From an uncultured virus (IMG/VR IMGVR_UViG_3300002138_000037) (Duplodnaviria; Heunggongvirae; Uroviricota; Caudoviricetes), in IMG/VR virus record IMGVR_UViG_3300002138_000037, positions 54,281 to 74,280 of that record: DNA of 20,000 nucleotides, one strand, 5' to 3'. Positions 17,237 to 20,000 of the stretch are shown in pieces; position 1 is the stretch's first letter; each line of letters starts with the position of its first letter. The translations under genes were made by a program, and so were the position numbers. The notes beneath the pieces were generated by a model, which ran no database searches, was not told where the DNA came from, and saw only the letters and a program-made list of their open reading frames with translations.

Positions 17237-18058
17237 ATGAGTGAACAAACAATAAACATTACCAGACCCCAATCTACGACAACAAAACCAGTTGAAAAAT
17301 CCAAATTTCCAGCGGAAACAATTGGACTTCCAAGTGACGGTTTCTTTTACAACAAAGACAATCCTCTAAGTAAAGGAACGGTAGAAATCAAACATATGAC
17401 GGCTAAGGAGGAAGATATTCTTAGCAGTCAGAACCTTATTAAGAAGGGCATTGTCTTAGAAAAACTTCTTGAGAGTTTGATAGTTACTGCCGGTGTCAAT
17501 ATCGACGACTTGTTGATTGGTGATAAAAATGCGTTGTTTGTAGCAGCTCGACGACTCGCATATGGTGATAGTTATGGACCAATTGATATTGGATGTCCTA
17601 AATGTGGTAAAGAAAACCGATGTACACTCGACTTATCAAAGGTAAACAACAAGGATTTTGATGTTAATAAATATCAACGTGGGGTAAATACATTTGAATA
17701 TCTTCTCCCATCATCAAAACTTACCATTAAGTATAAACTTTTGACTCATAAAGATGAACATGCAATTGATCAAGAAATTGCCAGCTTCAATAAAACCTTT
17801 AAGAACGGAACGTCCCCCGAAGTAACCACTCGACTCAAGAAGATGATTATCTCAGTTGATGGTAACGATGATAGACAATTCATCAATAAATTTGTAGAAA
17901 CGGAACTTCTTTCCCGTGATAGTTTAGCGTTGAGAAACTACGTTAAAGAAACAACTCCTGATATTGATATGAATTTCGACTTTGAATGCACTGAGTGTAG
18001 TCACACGGAAAGGACGGGGATACCAATGGAGGTGTCCTTTTTTTGGCCTAACGCCTGA
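17237..18058 (+). CDS. Baseplate hub / tail assembly chaperone (T4 gp26-like)
   Basis: LPS.G..Y, MTAKEEDIL, LLIGDKNALFVAAR...YG, two CxxC pairs, terminal FFWP; lies between tube and tape measure genes. Confidence 0.75.
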   Translation: MSEQTINITRPQSTTTKPVEKSKFPAETIGLPSDGFFYNKDNPLSKGTVEIKHMTAKEEDILSSQNLIKKGIVLEKLLESLIVTAGVNIDDLLIGDKNALFVAARRLAYGDSYGPIDIGCPKCGKENRCTLDLSKVNNKDFDVNKYQRGVNTFEYLLPSSKLTIKYKLLTHKDEHAIDQEIASFNKTFKNGTSPEVTTRLKKMIISVDGNDDRQFINKFVETELLSRDSLALRNYVKETTPDIDMNFDFECTECSHTERTGIPMEVSFFWPNA

Positions 18059-18260
18059 ATATAAGGTCCATCTTCATAAACAAATATTCGAGTTAAGTTA
18101 TTATAGTCAGGGAGCAATAACGGTGGATATTGCTTACAATTTACCCGTATATTTGCGTAGTTTCTATTACCAACAATTAGTGGAAATTAAGAAATCTGAA
18201 TCAGAGTCAGATAAAAATACTTCAGCATCTTCACGTAAACGTATTGAAAAACCATTCTAA
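18045..18260 (+). CDS. Overlapping +1-frame ORF, probable frameshift extension of the chaperone (lambda gpT analogue)
   Basis: GLTPEYKVHLHKQIFELSYYSQG...AYNLPVYLRSFY; no ATG in this frame; begins at a T7 run and fills the gap to the tape measure gene. Confidence 0.7.
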   Translation, partial: GLTPEYKVHLHKQIFELSYYSQGAITVDIAYNLPVYLRSFYYQQLVEIKKSESESDKNTSASSRKRIEKPF

Positions 18261-18284
18261 TCGTCTATTTATAGTAAATAATAT

Positions 18285-20000
18285 ATGGCTAAAAAACGTG
18301 ATGAACAGGATCTAGCAAAAAGCGCAGCTCAAGCGGCGGCGGCGTTCGCGGCGGAGCAGGCTAAAATTTTAAAGGAGAATAATAGTCTGATGGCGAAGAT
18401 GGAGGCCATTTCTCAAAAGGTTGGTGTTAACTTCGATAGAAATAACAAATCGTTATCCTTAACCACGAAAGCTATTGATAAAACAAAAAAATTGACGGAT
18501 AACATAAAAACCACAGAACAGAAGTTAATGTCAATCATTAAAGATAAAGCTGAACTGGAGTTAAAGATTGAAGCTAGTAAAAGTAAAAGGGCGACTAAAA
18601 AACAAAAAGACGACCTTGCTGCGAATCAAATCGAAGTTGATAACCTAATGAAACAATTAGAGATGGAAACCGATTTACTAGAAATAGAAGAAGGGAAAAT
18701 TGCACAATCAAAAGCTTTGGACTCAGTTAGTCAGAAGTTTTTTGGAAATGTATTAGGAAATTTAGAAAAATCGGACTTCGCAAAAGGATTCGGTATAGAT
18801 AAATTTATAGGAAAGTTAGGTCATGCAAAAATCGCAATAAACTTCCTCATAACATTGGGAATGAAAGCTTTCAATGCTTTTAATGATTTGGATAATGCAC
18901 TTTTCAATCTTCGAAAAAACTTCGGATTAATGCGTGGAGATAATGTCCAGATTGAAAAAACCGTTAAATCAATCGGACTCCAATATCAACAACTTGGTAT
19001 AACATTTGATGATGTAGCAAATTCGGTAACAGAAATTGGATCCGAATTTGGACTTTTATCATCATATTCAGAAGACATCATTACTAATGTTTCAACATTT
19101 TCAAAACAATTAGGAGTTAGTGAAAAAACTTCGGCATCGTTTCTAAAAACATTATCAACTATTAGTGGGAAAACTTTAACACAAGCAAGTCAGGGGGCGA
19201 TGGGATTTGCTCAATCATTGAATGCGGCTGCCGGAACAAATCTAAATGAAGTCATGGGTGACATAGCGAGTATGTCCGAATCTACGAGAGCAACGTTTAG
19301 AGGTAACACCGTGGAATTAATCAAATCCACAGTTGAAGCACGTAGACTTGGTATGAGTTTAGATAGTATGGCTAGAACCAGCGAAGGATTGTTAGATTTC
19401 AATACATCCGTTAATGCGGAAATGGAGGCAAGCGTTTTATTGGGTCGAAATATTAATTTGATGGAAGCTCGTAGATTATCATTTGCTGGAAAAATAGAAT
19501 TAGCGAATAAGGAAGTTTTACGAGTGGTCAAATCAGTTGGTGATTTGGAAAATCTTAATATGATGCAACGTAAAGCATTAGCTGCCGCAACAGGTAAGTC
19601 TTTAGAAGAATTACAGACGATGATTCAACGTGAAAAAGAAATTGCGTGGATTCGTAGTGAAGGATCACCAGAATTAAAAGCTCAATTGGATACATACGAG
19701 GCAATGCAGAAAGTTAGAGAATCGGAGGCCAAGGACATAGGTAAACTTGCGGAAGAAAGAATAATGAAAGAAAATCACCAAACCAGAATGGCTGCATTAC
19801 AATCACAATTTAATGATTTAATATACAAATTATCGGAACCAATGACGAAGGTGATTGTGCCACTCATGGATTTAGCGACAAAAATACTTCCACCGATTAT
19901 AAAACACCTTAGTTACTTTGGATTCCTCTTAGTACAATCGGGCCCAATTGTAATAAAAATTGGAAAGTATATTAAGAAGCTGGGTATAGATGCTACGAAG
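18285..20000 (+). CDS. Tape measure protein (5' part, runs off the window)
   Basis: ATG at 18285: MAKKRDEQDLAKSAAQAAAAFAAEQ...; frame checked at the start and at 19389 (LLDFNTSVNAEMEASVLLGRNINLMEARRL). Helical Ala/Leu/Lys-rich; canonical position; TATTTATA at 18266-18273. Confidence 0.88.
   Translation, partial: MAKKRDEQDLAKSAAQAAAAFAAEQAKILKENNSLMAKMEAISQKVGVNFDRNNKSLSLTTKAIDKTKKLTDNIKTTEQKLMSIIKDKAELELKIEASKSKRATKKQKDDLAANQIEVDNLMKQLEMETDLLEIEEGKIAQSKALDSVSQKFFGNVLGNLEKSDFAKGFGIDKFIGKLGHAKIAINFLITLGMKAFNAFNDLDNALFNLRKNFGLMRGDNVQIEKTVKSIGLQYQQLGITFDDVANSVTEIGSEFGLLSSYSEDIITNVSTFSKQLGVSEKTSASFLKTLSTISGKTLTQASQGAMGFAQSLNAAAGTNLNEVMGDIASMSESTRATFRGNTVELIKSTVEARRLGMSLDSMARTSEGLLDFNTSVNAEMEASVLLGRNINLMEARRLSFAGKIELANKEVLRVVKSVGDLENLNMMQRKALAAATGKSLEELQTMIQREKEIAWIRSEGSPELKAQLDTYEAMQKVRESEAKDIGKLAEERIMKENHQTRMAALQSQFNDLIYKLSEPMTKVIVPLMDLATKILPPIIKHLSYFGFLLVQSGPIVIKIGKYIKKLGIDATK

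Noticed and set aside
18333..18356. GC-rich (GCG)n run near the tape measure start
   Set aside because: Explained by a poly-Ala stretch in the coding frame; no further structure evident.
1..20000. Stop-codon reassignment as in some jumbo phages
   Set aside because: Standard code 11 gives full-length genes at high coding density, with no conserved gene broken by in-frame TAG or TGA.

Overview
AT-rich segment of a large myovirus (T4-superfamily-like jumbo phage) genome. It opens with two minus-strand accessory genes (GMP reductase/IMPDH-family, macrodomain). A plus-strand neck/tail module follows: gp13/gp14/gp15-like neck and tail-completion genes, a 1074-aa tail sheath, tail tube, gp26-like hub/tail chaperone and the 5' part of a tape measure gene. 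The module is interrupted by four free-standing endonuclease genes, a GT8 glycosyltransferase and a HAD phosphatase + nucleotidyltransferase pair. Main observations: (1) a probable programmed +1 (or -2) frameshift at GGAGGTG-TCC-TTT-TTT-TGG just upstream of the tape measure gene, with RF2-like internal Shine-Dalgarno geometry; (2) a recurring upstream motif TATTTATA, the reverse complement of the T4 late promoter; (3) an endonuclease fused to a Mom-like acyltransferase domain; (4) an out-of-frame tail-fibre-like peptide at the end of the gp15-like gene; (5) a GTACTT repeat tract; (6) shared N-terminal leaders that may be capsid-targeting signals. All family assignments come from motif recognition by eye; no database searches were run.
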